Of a stretch of 64,000 nt of DNA, positions 56,721 through 64,000 are shown one piece after another (positions within the stretch are counted from its first letter, which is position 1; every line of letters starts with the position of its first letter). The notes under the pieces were generated by a model. The model was given only the letters and a program-made list of their open reading frames with translations. It had not been told where the DNA came from and ran no database searches. The translations under genes were made by a program, and so were the position numbers. The DNA is taken from positions 32,001-96,000 of IMG/VR virus record IMGVR_UViG_3300043777_000086. One strand, given 5' to 3'. The DNA comes from a virus.

Positions 56721-57389
56721 TCAGTCTCCTATGAACGCGAGGTCGTCTTCCTCTTCGGTAGCCGAGGGATTATCCGAACTCGGATTTATCGTGATGACTT
56801 CCGAATCCTTCGGGAAGAATGAATCGGCCGTGATCGGATGGGGTTCCAGTGTACTCATCACCGGACCAGGTACTTCTATCTTTGGTCCAAGCCACCGCAT
56901 CAGAACATCCGTACTGAACGGCTCCCCAGCCACCTCTGATAGTTGCGCGTACTGTTCGCGGTTCAGGAAGAAGGTACTACACCGGGACTCGAGATCCCAA
57001 AACCAACCGAGCGCCATCGCCTGGTCCATCATCTCCTGGATCATCTGGTCGACGGTCATCCCCTGTACGTCCGCGCGCTGGCGCATTTCCTCGTGTAGTG
57101 ATGGATCGATCTTCCACCGACCAACCATCGCGCCTTCGCTCACCCCAAGTCCACGCTCGACCGCTTCGATCAAGGCATCACTATCGGCCATCCTCTCGTC
57201 TATGTCGCACAGCCGCTCAGCGGTCGCGGGAGACAATAGCATCGCGCCCCTAGAGATTCCATCAAAGACTTCGTTAGCGAACATTGAGATCTTCTGGGCG
57301 TCTTCGCCTTCACCCTCTACCTGTTCGAGGATCCTTTTGTAGGCCGCTTCGCTCAGTTCGATCGTGAGCGGGATCTTAACCTGATTCAT
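56721..57389 (-). CDS. Tandem ribbon-helix-helix-like protein
   Basis: LTIELSEAAYKRI and WKIDPSLHEEMRQRADVQGMTVDQMI; acidic tail. Confidence 0.55.
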   Translation of the reverse strand: MNQVKIPLTIELSEAAYKRILEQVEGEGEDAQKISMFANEVFDGISRGAMLLSPATAERLCDIDERMADSDALIEAVERGLGVSEGAMVGRWKIDPSLHEEMRQRADVQGMTVDQMIQEMMDQAMALGWFWDLESRCSTFFLNREQYAQLSEVAGEPFSTDVLMRWLGPKIEVPGPVMSTLEPHPITADSFFPKDSEVITINPSSDNPSATEEEDDLAFIGD

Positions 57390-57405
57390 CGCCTCTCCTT
57401 ATTTG

Positions 57406-59643
57406 CTACAGCATATCGTACTCTGGCGTCTGCGCGGAAACTTCACTCTTCTTTTCCAGTCCAGGCAGGTCCACTTTGGTAATGATCCCCTCCTTGACGC
57501 CGTTACGTTTAGCCTTTAGGAGGATTGAGCTGCACTGCTCGCACCGGATATTCGTCCCTCGCGGCAATTCATCATCGTCGAACTCGTAGCCGCAGCGAAG
57601 GCACGTGATATGGTATTCCTTCTGGGCGTCTTCGTTGGATGTACCGCGGATCTTGCTGTATCCTAGATTCTCGTCGTGGTCGGTTTCACGAGCGCAATAG
57701 AGAGCTATAAGCGTTGCAATCAGCTCATCGTCATGGCTGCCCTTAGCTGCCTCAGCCTTCTTGTCGCTTTCATCATCGTCCTTCTGGAAGCGCTTCATCT
57801 CCTCGACGAGGTTGTCGGATTTTGGAATAAATAGCCCGGCCCTTAGCCTTCGAACTCCATTGCCCCATAGTTTGGGCTTCGAGTTACCCTGGGTGATCCA
57901 GTGCCACTTAGAACTCATAATATTGCTAGAGTCGAGGTGCTTCCAGCGATGAAGACTGGGGTAGTTGTACCGAATACGAACTTCGTCTCCGCAGGTCTGA
58001 TAGGTGTTGTACTCGATATTCGCCTGAGCTGTGTTGTACCAGTACCCCAAGTGGACGACCGGCAGCGCCAGGTCGTAGTGATTGATCGTATTCGATCTCC
58101 ACGTTGCTACCTGAACATCGGAGTTTGCGCCCCTGCCGACGCGGATTACGACGATCACGGAGTAGTCGTGCTTGCCCCCTAGGCCCTCGGCAACATCAAC
58201 ACCCAAGTGATACACGTGACCATCCTGAGGAAATTCCCATAGCCTCAATTGATGATCGTCAAATCGATGATCGGCGTCACACCACTCCTGCCAGCATTGG
58301 GATTTATAAACCTGCCCACTTTCATTACGAACGAACTTTTTTACGCCGTGAAATTTTCCGTTCTTATCGAGATGCCCAATGGCGATAGGATCTCTAACCT
58401 GCTTAACTGCGAAGTCTATAACATCCTCCGGGAAAACCGGATCTCCGGATATCTGAAATGCCTCCAGATCCGTCATGCAGACTTCTTGGCGCAATTCCTT
58501 TACGGACTCAATCCCCTTGCGTTCTGCTGTCTCCCTGCGCCACTCCATAAACCTTAACTGCTGGTCGTCAAGAACGTAAGGGCGTAGAGTTCCGGTCTTG
58601 CATTGCAGACATTTTTCATCTACAACCCGAACCCCTAGATGCACCGACTCGAACCACCTCTGACAGTCTGGGTTTGAGCACCGAGTCCACTTGTCCTGTA
58701 CTAACTCCCGTAGATTAGCCTCTGGCTTCTTTGGCTTCCATCCCAGAGATACCGTCCTCCTTCGACCATGCTCCATGAATCCCGGAATGAAAATTGTCCG
58801 GTACTCGGCATCATCGCCGGCCTCCTTATTAGTGCGCCATAGGTCCTCGTAATATGTACCCGCCCCCTTGGCGGTAGACTCGATAATCGCGAACGTCATC
58901 GGGGACTGGTCTGCTAGTGCGTTACCAAGATCTCCGTCGATCGCCTGACGCGCGGTCTTTTCCATAAAATCACTTAACTCAGATACGTGCGCACACGTGA
59001 CACGGATACCCTGCCCGATACCGCTATACTGCTGCGCCATCTGAATTTCAATTCGGGACTTAAGACCGGGATTGGTGCGGCGAAAATCCGGGTTAGGATT
59101 TTCAAAGAGCAGTCCGCCGTCGTACTTTCGATTGGCGCACATGGGCTTTAACCACCACGGCATCTGGTCGTAGATGTGCAGCATGATCGAGAACAGGTAT
59201 TCGGATCGATTTAGATCGGGACCAACCACGAGCGCGTTAACGTTCGGGAAGAACATCGTACGCCAGGCCACAAGAGCCTCGCACAGCGTTGAGATTCCTT
59301 GCTGGCGAGCCTTCAATATCAGTAATTTCTGCGCCATGCCCTGATCCCTAATCGACCACATGATTTCGAGGATCAACTCCTGCGATTCCCAGAGCGTGAA
59401 GAACTGGTCGCCGGTTTCCTTGTTGGTGATCTTGAAGTAATTCTTGCAGGCGTAAACGAAATCGTCCTGGCAGTGATCCAGCTCTTTATAGATCAGATCC
59501 CAGTCAGATCTTGATAGCGCGTCCGGATCTCCTTGCGGCCCACGGGGGGTGCTTATGACGAACTTAGGCTGGTCGAGGTACTCTACTAGTTCGTCTATTC
59601 CGACGTCGCGCTTCCAGCGGGAAGCTGTGGATTTGATGAGCAC
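57406..59643 (-). CDS. terL: Terminase large subunit
   Basis: ILKARQQGIST (Walker A), AHVSE (Walker B), IESTAKG, LGVDVAEG...DYS, NIEYN, HDDE. Confidence 0.96.
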   Translation of the reverse strand: MLIKSTASRWKRDVGIDELVEYLDQPKFVISTPRGPQGDPDALSRSDWDLIYKELDHCQDDFVYACKNYFKITNKETGDQFFTLWESQELILEIMWSIRDQGMAQKLLILKARQQGISTLCEALVAWRTMFFPNVNALVVGPDLNRSEYLFSIMLHIYDQMPWWLKPMCANRKYDGGLLFENPNPDFRRTNPGLKSRIEIQMAQQYSGIGQGIRVTCAHVSELSDFMEKTARQAIDGDLGNALADQSPMTFAIIESTAKGAGTYYEDLWRTNKEAGDDAEYRTIFIPGFMEHGRRRTVSLGWKPKKPEANLRELVQDKWTRCSNPDCQRWFESVHLGVRVVDEKCLQCKTGTLRPYVLDDQQLRFMEWRRETAERKGIESVKELRQEVCMTDLEAFQISGDPVFPEDVIDFAVKQVRDPIAIGHLDKNGKFHGVKKFVRNESGQVYKSQCWQEWCDADHRFDDHQLRLWEFPQDGHVYHLGVDVAEGLGGKHDYSVIVVIRVGRGANSDVQVATWRSNTINHYDLALPVVHLGYWYNTAQANIEYNTYQTCGDEVRIRYNYPSLHRWKHLDSSNIMSSKWHWITQGNSKPKLWGNGVRRLRAGLFIPKSDNLVEEMKRFQKDDDESDKKAEAAKGSHDDELIATLIALYCARETDHDENLGYSKIRGTSNEDAQKEYHITCLRCGYEFDDDELPRGTNIRCEQCSSILLKAKRNGVKEGIITKVDLPGLEKKSEVSAQTPEYDML

Positions 59644-60047
59644 TCTTCCGCCTCCTCTACGGCCGCCGCGATATCCACCACCATGCGCTTTTCGACCGCG
59701 CGGTCGCGGATATAGGCGTCGAAGGTCTTGTGGCCTCCCACGGCCTCAGCGGCCGCGGTATTCGAATTGTTCTGCGTAACGCTGATCCCGCTAACCGGCA
59801 GGATCTTGAAGCTCTTTAGTAGAATCTCGGCAGCCCTTGTATCTCCGATCGCTATGTTTTTCCGCAGAGAATCCAGGGTTTCCGGAAGCATGACCGGAGC
59901 GACGGCCGCAAGTAGCGATTCCACGTACTTCGGGAGTCGTTTGAATGTCACCCGCTTACGTGTGAGTGCTGGGTGTTCGATCGGTTCCAATTGCGGACGC
60001 GGCTTGGCTCTCTTCTTGAGGCGAGCCGGGTTACGAGCCGCGGCCAT
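59595..60047 (-). CDS. Probable terminase small subunit
   Basis: 150 aa directly upstream of terL; GDTRAAEILLK...VTQNN. Confidence 0.6.
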   Translation of the reverse strand: MAAARNPARLKKRAKPRPQLEPIEHPALTRKRVTFKRLPKYVESLLAAVAPVMLPETLDSLRKNIAIGDTRAAEILLKSFKILPVSGISVTQNNSNTAAAEAVGGHKTFDAYIRDRAVEKRMVVDIAAAVEEAEECSSNPQLPAGSATSE

Positions 60048-60901
60048 TATCCCGGCCTCGACAAACTCATGTCGTCGTCGTCAATGAAGGTTATTGATGC
60101 CCCGCCGCCCTTAGGTTTGTTCTGGGTGTTGCTTCGAATCAGACGGTGCTGGTCCATTAATCCCGGACCCGCCGGCGCGCGACCCTCGATATACTTCGGC
60201 CTCTGCCGGTAAAGCTCTACCGCTTGGGCCTTGATCCGGCCGAGTAGTTCGGGAACATCCGGGAATCCATCCTGGAAATCGGCCACTCTAATCGGCACTC
60301 CCGCCTCCAGATCCGACCCCACACTAGGGTGTTTATACACGACCTTGATCGTGGACTCCTTTTCGTAATTGCGCCCATCCCCGGTCATCGGGAAGATCTT
60401 CACCTGAAGCTCTAGTTCGATCTCGTGATCCACGTCACGCGGTACGATACGGATCGTGCGTGGAAAGGAATGGTTGGCCCACTTCGCAAGATCCTCCATC
60501 CCGACGCGCAGCTTACCTCCTACGTAGAGGCTTTTCACTCGTAGGCCGTTAGGTTGTTTCTTGGGTGCGTTGATCTCCCTGACTAGCGCCGCTTCGTCGG
60601 CGATCACTACGGACTTGGGGTCTGGAGAAAGGTCCGGGTCCCTTGCTGGAGGAGACAAAGTCGGATCCATTTGCGTAGACAGGGTATCGAGCACAGCTCT
60701 TGGGTTGGGTGGAAGCACCACCTCCTCGGGCTCCATCTCTACGACTTGCGTGGATTTTCCATTTACCTGCGGGGTGAGTGACCGCTCCAGTTCCATGGCC
60801 ATTTCGATCGCATCCGCGATGCACGGAGCTGGAGGAAGGCTTCTAGCCTGCGCCCTCTTCAGCCCCATCGTGATGGCGCTCTCAAGCGTTGTGCGGTTCA
60901 T
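60047..60901 (-). CDS. Hypothetical protein
   Basis: 284 aa, TAATG-coupled. Confidence 0.65.
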   Translation of the reverse strand: MNRTTLESAITMGLKRAQARSLPPAPCIADAIEMAMELERSLTPQVNGKSTQVVEMEPEEVVLPPNPRAVLDTLSTQMDPTLSPPARDPDLSPDPKSVVIADEAALVREINAPKKQPNGLRVKSLYVGGKLRVGMEDLAKWANHSFPRTIRIVPRDVDHEIELELQVKIFPMTGDGRNYEKESTIKVVYKHPSVGSDLEAGVPIRVADFQDGFPDVPELLGRIKAQAVELYRQRPKYIEGRAPAGPGLMDQHRLIRSNTQNKPKGGGASITFIDDDDMSLSRPG

Positions 60902-61524
60902 TAGTTGGCCTCGATGTTGAACCCGTCGTAGTTGTCGTGTGCCTTATCGGCCCTGCTCATCCGAATCTGGATCTCGGCGTCGCGCCGCGAGGACCCCTCG
61001 GACATCAGATGCCTGATCTCGGTTTCCTCCTCGATCGTAAGGTCGGAACCCGGCGGTCGTCCGTTGGCTCCGAAGGCATTCTGCGTGTAGGACCGAACGG
61101 TAGTTTCGAGTTCGATCAACGCAGAAGTCTGGGCCTTAGCGGCCTTGATTAGCCCCGACCCCATTGCCTTTAGGAACTCCCCGTGGGCCGACAACGCCTC
61201 AATAGATTTACCCTGTGCCGCGTGGCGGGCGCCATCGGAATCGAACTGTGCGGATAGCGCCCTGGATTGAGAATCCAGGCTTTGTTTGAGTGTCTCGATA
61301 TGCGAGGAGAGGACTTTCGTGCAGTCGGATATGCTATCCAGACATTTGATCTGTTCGGAGTTAGAAGTCCGAACTCGGACAAAATCGCGATGAAGTTTAG
61401 ATAACTGCCCGTAGAGGAGCAATCCTATAACAAGGACCGCCGCGATGAGCAGAAACAGGAGGACGCCTATGATGGTTGCTTCGATCAACGATCTATTGTT
61501 GTTGACATTTAATCCCAAAGTCAA
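60901..61524 (-). CDS. Membrane-anchored coiled-coil protein
   Basis: N-terminal TM then helical region; true start probably ~12 codons downstream of 61524. Confidence 0.65.
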   Translation of the reverse strand: MTLGLNVNNNRSLIEATIIGVLLFLLIAAVLVIGLLLYGQLSKLHRDFVRVRTSNSEQIKCLDSISDCTKVLSSHIETLKQSLDSQSRALSAQFDSDGARHAAQGKSIEALSAHGEFLKAMGSGLIKAAKAQTSALIELETTVRSYTQNAFGANGRPPGSDLTIEEETEIRHLMSEGSSRRDAEIQIRMSRADKAHDNYDGFNIEAN

Positions 61525-61531
61525 GTAGCCT
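61502..61531 (+). promoter_or_regulatory. Divergent sigma70 promoter; leaderless for 61539
   Basis: TTGACA-18-TAGCCT, 7 nt before ATG; opposing TTGACT at 61524-61519. Confidence 0.7.
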
Positions 61532-61538
61532 GAACGAC

Positions 61539-61754
61539 ATGGATCAGATAGTCTCCGTGCCTGAAGTGCGGAAGCGTGGCCAGCCGAGGATCCCTGAAGA
61601 GAAAAAGAGGGTCCCTCTTCATGTGCGGGTCATGCCCTCAACGCGTGAGTTCCTTAAACGCGCGGGGGCTAAGAACAACGGGCGGGCGGTTGATATGGTG
61701 GTGTCGGCTTACCGGAGACTAGCGGCTAAGATGAAGGCGCTGGAGAAGAACTGA
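61539..61754 (+). CDS. Small DNA-binding protein (AT-hook-like plus RHH)
   Basis: RKRGQPR...KRVPLHVRV.PST..FL...GRAVD. Confidence 0.7.
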   Translation: MDQIVSVPEVRKRGQPRIPEEKKRVPLHVRVMPSTREFLKRAGAKNNGRAVDMVVSAYRRLAAKMKALEKN

Positions 61755-61757
61755 ATA

Positions 61758-61859
61758 GTGCATACCCCAAGCGATGTACGGAAATTCAGAATCATAATAT
61801 GGGTATTCCTCGGTGGAGTAGCTCTACTGCTGATATGGATATTCGGAAAGACCTCCTAA
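61758..61859 (+). CDS. 33-aa single-TM micropeptide
   Basis: MHTPSDVRKFRIIIWVFLGGVALLLIWIFGKTS; fills the gap between convergent genes. Confidence 0.65.
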   Translation: MHTPSDVRKFRIIIWVFLGGVALLLIWIFGKTS

Positions 61860-61862
61860 TTT

Positions 61863-62435
61863 TCACACCTTACTTAGCTCCCCCTCCGCCCCAATCTCCG
61901 CTCTTAACTTCTGCTCCGCGATCTTCTGCCGGCCGCGTTCGGTGAGCACAAACCGTCCGTACTCCGCGAGTGTCTTGAACCCCTTCGATAACCTGAAGAA
62001 TATCGCCGCCCGGTCCAACTCCATCGCGGTCCCGAATTCCCCCTGCTGCAAGTCCGAGTTCAGAAACCTGTCAGCGAGCTTCAGGTTTGCCATCCTCTGG
62101 TTCTCTCTCCCGGCCGTCAACTTCACCATGTTAGTGGGTATACCTAGATAGCGGTAGAGTCTGGCATCGACCAGCAGCTTCATCACGGACGGAGTGAAAC
62201 GCTTCTCGTTGATGAGGTCCGGTATCTTGTGGCGCTTAACCTCCGGGCTCACGTTGACCTTGGCGGTCGGATCTAGGCTCCTTGCGCAGTGCGGGCACTT
62301 CTTGGAATTCTTGTGCTTGCGCCATTCGTGACCGCAGTGCGGGCATATCGAGGGCTTCTTCAGTTTGCTGGCTGGGTTGCGTGTCTGCTTCAGGCGTCCC
62401 AATACAACAACTCCGGTATTTTTATGTTTGGCCAA
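61863..62435 (-). CDS. Zinc-ribbon basic protein
   Basis: CPHCGHEW...KCPHC. Confidence 0.65.
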   Translation of the reverse strand: MAKHKNTGVVVLGRLKQTRNPASKLKKPSICPHCGHEWRKHKNSKKCPHCARSLDPTAKVNVSPEVKRHKIPDLINEKRFTPSVMKLLVDARLYRYLGIPTNMVKLTAGRENQRMANLKLADRFLNSDLQQGEFGTAMELDRAAIFFRLSKGFKTLAEYGRFVLTERGRQKIAEQKLRAEIGAEGELSKV

Positions 62436-62436
62436 G

Positions 62437-63207
62437 TTACTCCTCCTTGGCCTTGATCCGGATCTCTAGAATCCGTTCCTTGTCGGACTCGACCATATCG
62501 ATCGAGATGTACTCGAAATCCTTGCCGACCTTCTTGCCGATCACGCGCACCTTGGCGTTCTTTCGCGGAAGCAGCATCGCCACATGCCTAGCGTTAGAGA
62601 ATATCGCTGCGATCTCCGGCCAACTGATCTTCCCTGACTGAACCCATTCCTTGAGTGTGCGGACTCGCTCCCCGACCGGATCGCTATCCTCGACGACTTC
62701 CTCGTCCACTGACGGTGGGGACGGGGGTTTCCGTTTGTGCTTCTTGACCTCGACATCTTTCTCCTCGCCCTTGCGGACCTCGGCCACAAGACCAGGGCTG
62801 ACACCGCACAGCGTTGCCAGCGCGCGATCGCTGCGGCGCCGGAGGGTCTTGTCGGCTAGCGCTCTCTCTACTGCGTTGCGCTTATCGGCCGGGGTGAGCC
62901 TGAGTCCATGCTGGCAGTTTCGTTCTAGGCTCATCTCAAGAGCCTTCGTCAGGGCCTCTTCTGGCTCACACTCGTGGATCTCTCCCTCGATCGATTTAAT
63001 GCTGCGCTGCTGCGCGGCGAGGAACCGGTGCGCCCCATCCGCCAAAATCAGCCGGTCGTCGCCATCACGGAAGAGGTCGATCGCAGAGAACTTGACGCCC
63101 TCCTTCATGGCCGCGGCGTATTCATCAATCACTTTCGATGAGATCTTCAGGCGAATCTGGATCTCCGGCAACATCACGATGTCTTTCAATGCGATCTGTT
63201 CGGGCAC
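62437..63207 (-). CDS. ParB-like N-terminal domain protein with HTH
   Basis: LADGAHRFLA, N..HGLRLT.ADKR.A, SDRALA..CGVS..LV..VR. Confidence 0.85.
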   Translation of the reverse strand: MPEQIALKDIVMLPEIQIRLKISSKVIDEYAAAMKEGVKFSAIDLFRDGDDRLILADGAHRFLAAQQRSIKSIEGEIHECEPEEALTKALEMSLERNCQHGLRLTPADKRNAVERALADKTLRRRSDRALATLCGVSPGLVAEVRKGEEKDVEVKKHKRKPPSPPSVDEEVVEDSDPVGERVRTLKEWVQSGKISWPEIAAIFSNARHVAMLLPRKNAKVRVIGKKVGKDFEYISIDMVESDKERILEIRIKAKEE

Positions 63208-63217
63208 TTAGTCTCCT

Positions 63218-64000
63218 TTACTTTTTAAGGAACAACAGCGCGGAAGCTCTAGCGGTAGAGGTATCGGGGTACTCTACAAACCCAAGCGTACGCAGACGGC
63301 CTATAGCGTTCTTGAACCCCTTGCTGAGCACGTTAGAATATCCCGCGAGTTCACCCAGGCGCACGCGGTTGATCGAGTGCGGGTAGGCTGAGATCAATTC
63401 CCTGATGATCTTCTCGTGCGCCCCTCCGAGCATGCTCATGATCCGTTCTTGGTGTTCTCGTTCGGATCCGGGAACATCGGGATAGTGAGCCGCGGAGCGT
63501 CCGGACTCGGTTAGTGTGACCGTGTCCGAGTCCGGATAATCAATCAAACCAGCCGAGCGAAGGGATCCAGACGCATTCTTAAATCCCTTACTTAGTAGGT
63601 TTGTGTACCCGGCTCTGAACCCCACCTGCACACGAGGAGCGCGATCCACTCCCAGTACTTCGAGTTCAGCGATAGCGTCTAGGATGGACTGCTCCGTGGA
63701 GGATATTTTTTCGTTTCCGTTCCCGCTCGACAATGGGGTGCTTATCTTTTGGAATCCCCCTCCTCTGGATTCATACACGCCCTCTCTGGCGATATGGATC
63801 GCAGCGGGAGCGGAAGAAACCTCACGGACAATCTTATCTAGGTCGGGTATCGTAGGTAGCTCTATCTCGCAAAGCTCACGATGAAGAGACCCGCTCTTGG
63901 AGGACATCTCCCCTACGGTGACAATCACACGCTCCAGGATCTTGCGATAATCCACATGGAGCTTACCAACACTCTTTGCGAGTTCTTTCCTGATAGCTAT
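63218..64000 (-). CDS. C-terminal tandem winged-helix region of a larger protein, probably a HerA-like ATPase (partial)
   Basis: Frame open to right edge; two AGY.N.LSKGFKNA.G.LR..G...YP repeats. Confidence 0.6.
   Translation of the reverse strand: MAIRKELAKSVGKLHVDYRKILERVIVTVGEMSSKSGSLHRELCEIELPTIPDLDKIVREVSSAPAAIHIAREGVYESRGGGFQKISTPLSSGNGNEKISSTEQSILDAIAELEVLGVDRAPRVQVGFRAGYTNLLSKGFKNASGSLRSAGLIDYPDSDTVTLTESGRSAAHYPDVPGSEREHQERIMSMLGGAHEKIIRELISAYPHSINRVRLGELAGYSNVLSKGFKNAIGRLRTLGFVEYPDTSTARASALLFLKK

Larger units (their letters stand above)
1..64000. mobile_element. Tailed phage (podovirus-like, P22/T7-type morphogenesis) genome segment; ends not in window
   Basis: TerL, portal, scaffold, capsid, adaptor, nozzle, ejection and holin-like genes in canonical order; tight ATGA/TAATG coupling; no host genes; no tape measure or sheath. 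Confidence 0.93.

Noticed and set aside
57406-59643. Intein in the long TerL
   Set aside because: No C...HN splice motifs or LAGLIDADG; extra length is explained by Cys-rich inserts.
1-64000. CRISPR array, tRNA/rRNA, integrase/att site, diversity-generating retroelement
   Set aside because: No regular repeat-spacer array, cloverleaf, recombinase or reverse transcriptase seen; fibre repeats are in-frame duplications, not TR/VR pairs.

Overview
The whole 64-kb window is one tailed-phage genome segment (no host housekeeping genes, rRNA, tRNA, CRISPR or integrase seen), mostly on the minus strand, with a P22/T7-like podovirus layout. Reading right to left: partial ATPase-like/wHTH gene, ParB-like gene, small and large terminase, portal, scaffold, major capsid and decoration proteins, three head-tail adaptor paralogues, fibre genes, an accessory block, a plus-strand glycosyltransferase-sulfotransferase/cysC/peptidase cassette, four holin-like genes, a very large tail nozzle, a GNAT, the ejection proteins and more fibres. 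Three HNH endonuclease genes are inserted. The style of the secreted proteins suggests an Acidobacteriota-like diderm host (inference). The most striking feature is that every long fibre/spike-like gene in the morphogenesis operons starts with a Sec signal peptide (mostly Gln at +1, paired Cys), and one is a paralogue of a cytoplasmic capsid-decoration protein. This suggests virion appendages that are folded in the periplasm and added at lysis. Other candidates: a phage sulfated-glycan cassette, a tandem hairpin plus basic-micropeptide unit heading the capsid operon, a nozzle with six tandem C-terminal domains, a CFI-box-CTERM-like domain on the pilot protein, paralogous transmembrane micropeptides, and a probable ACG start codon. 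All family calls were made by eye from motifs and synteny; no searches were run.
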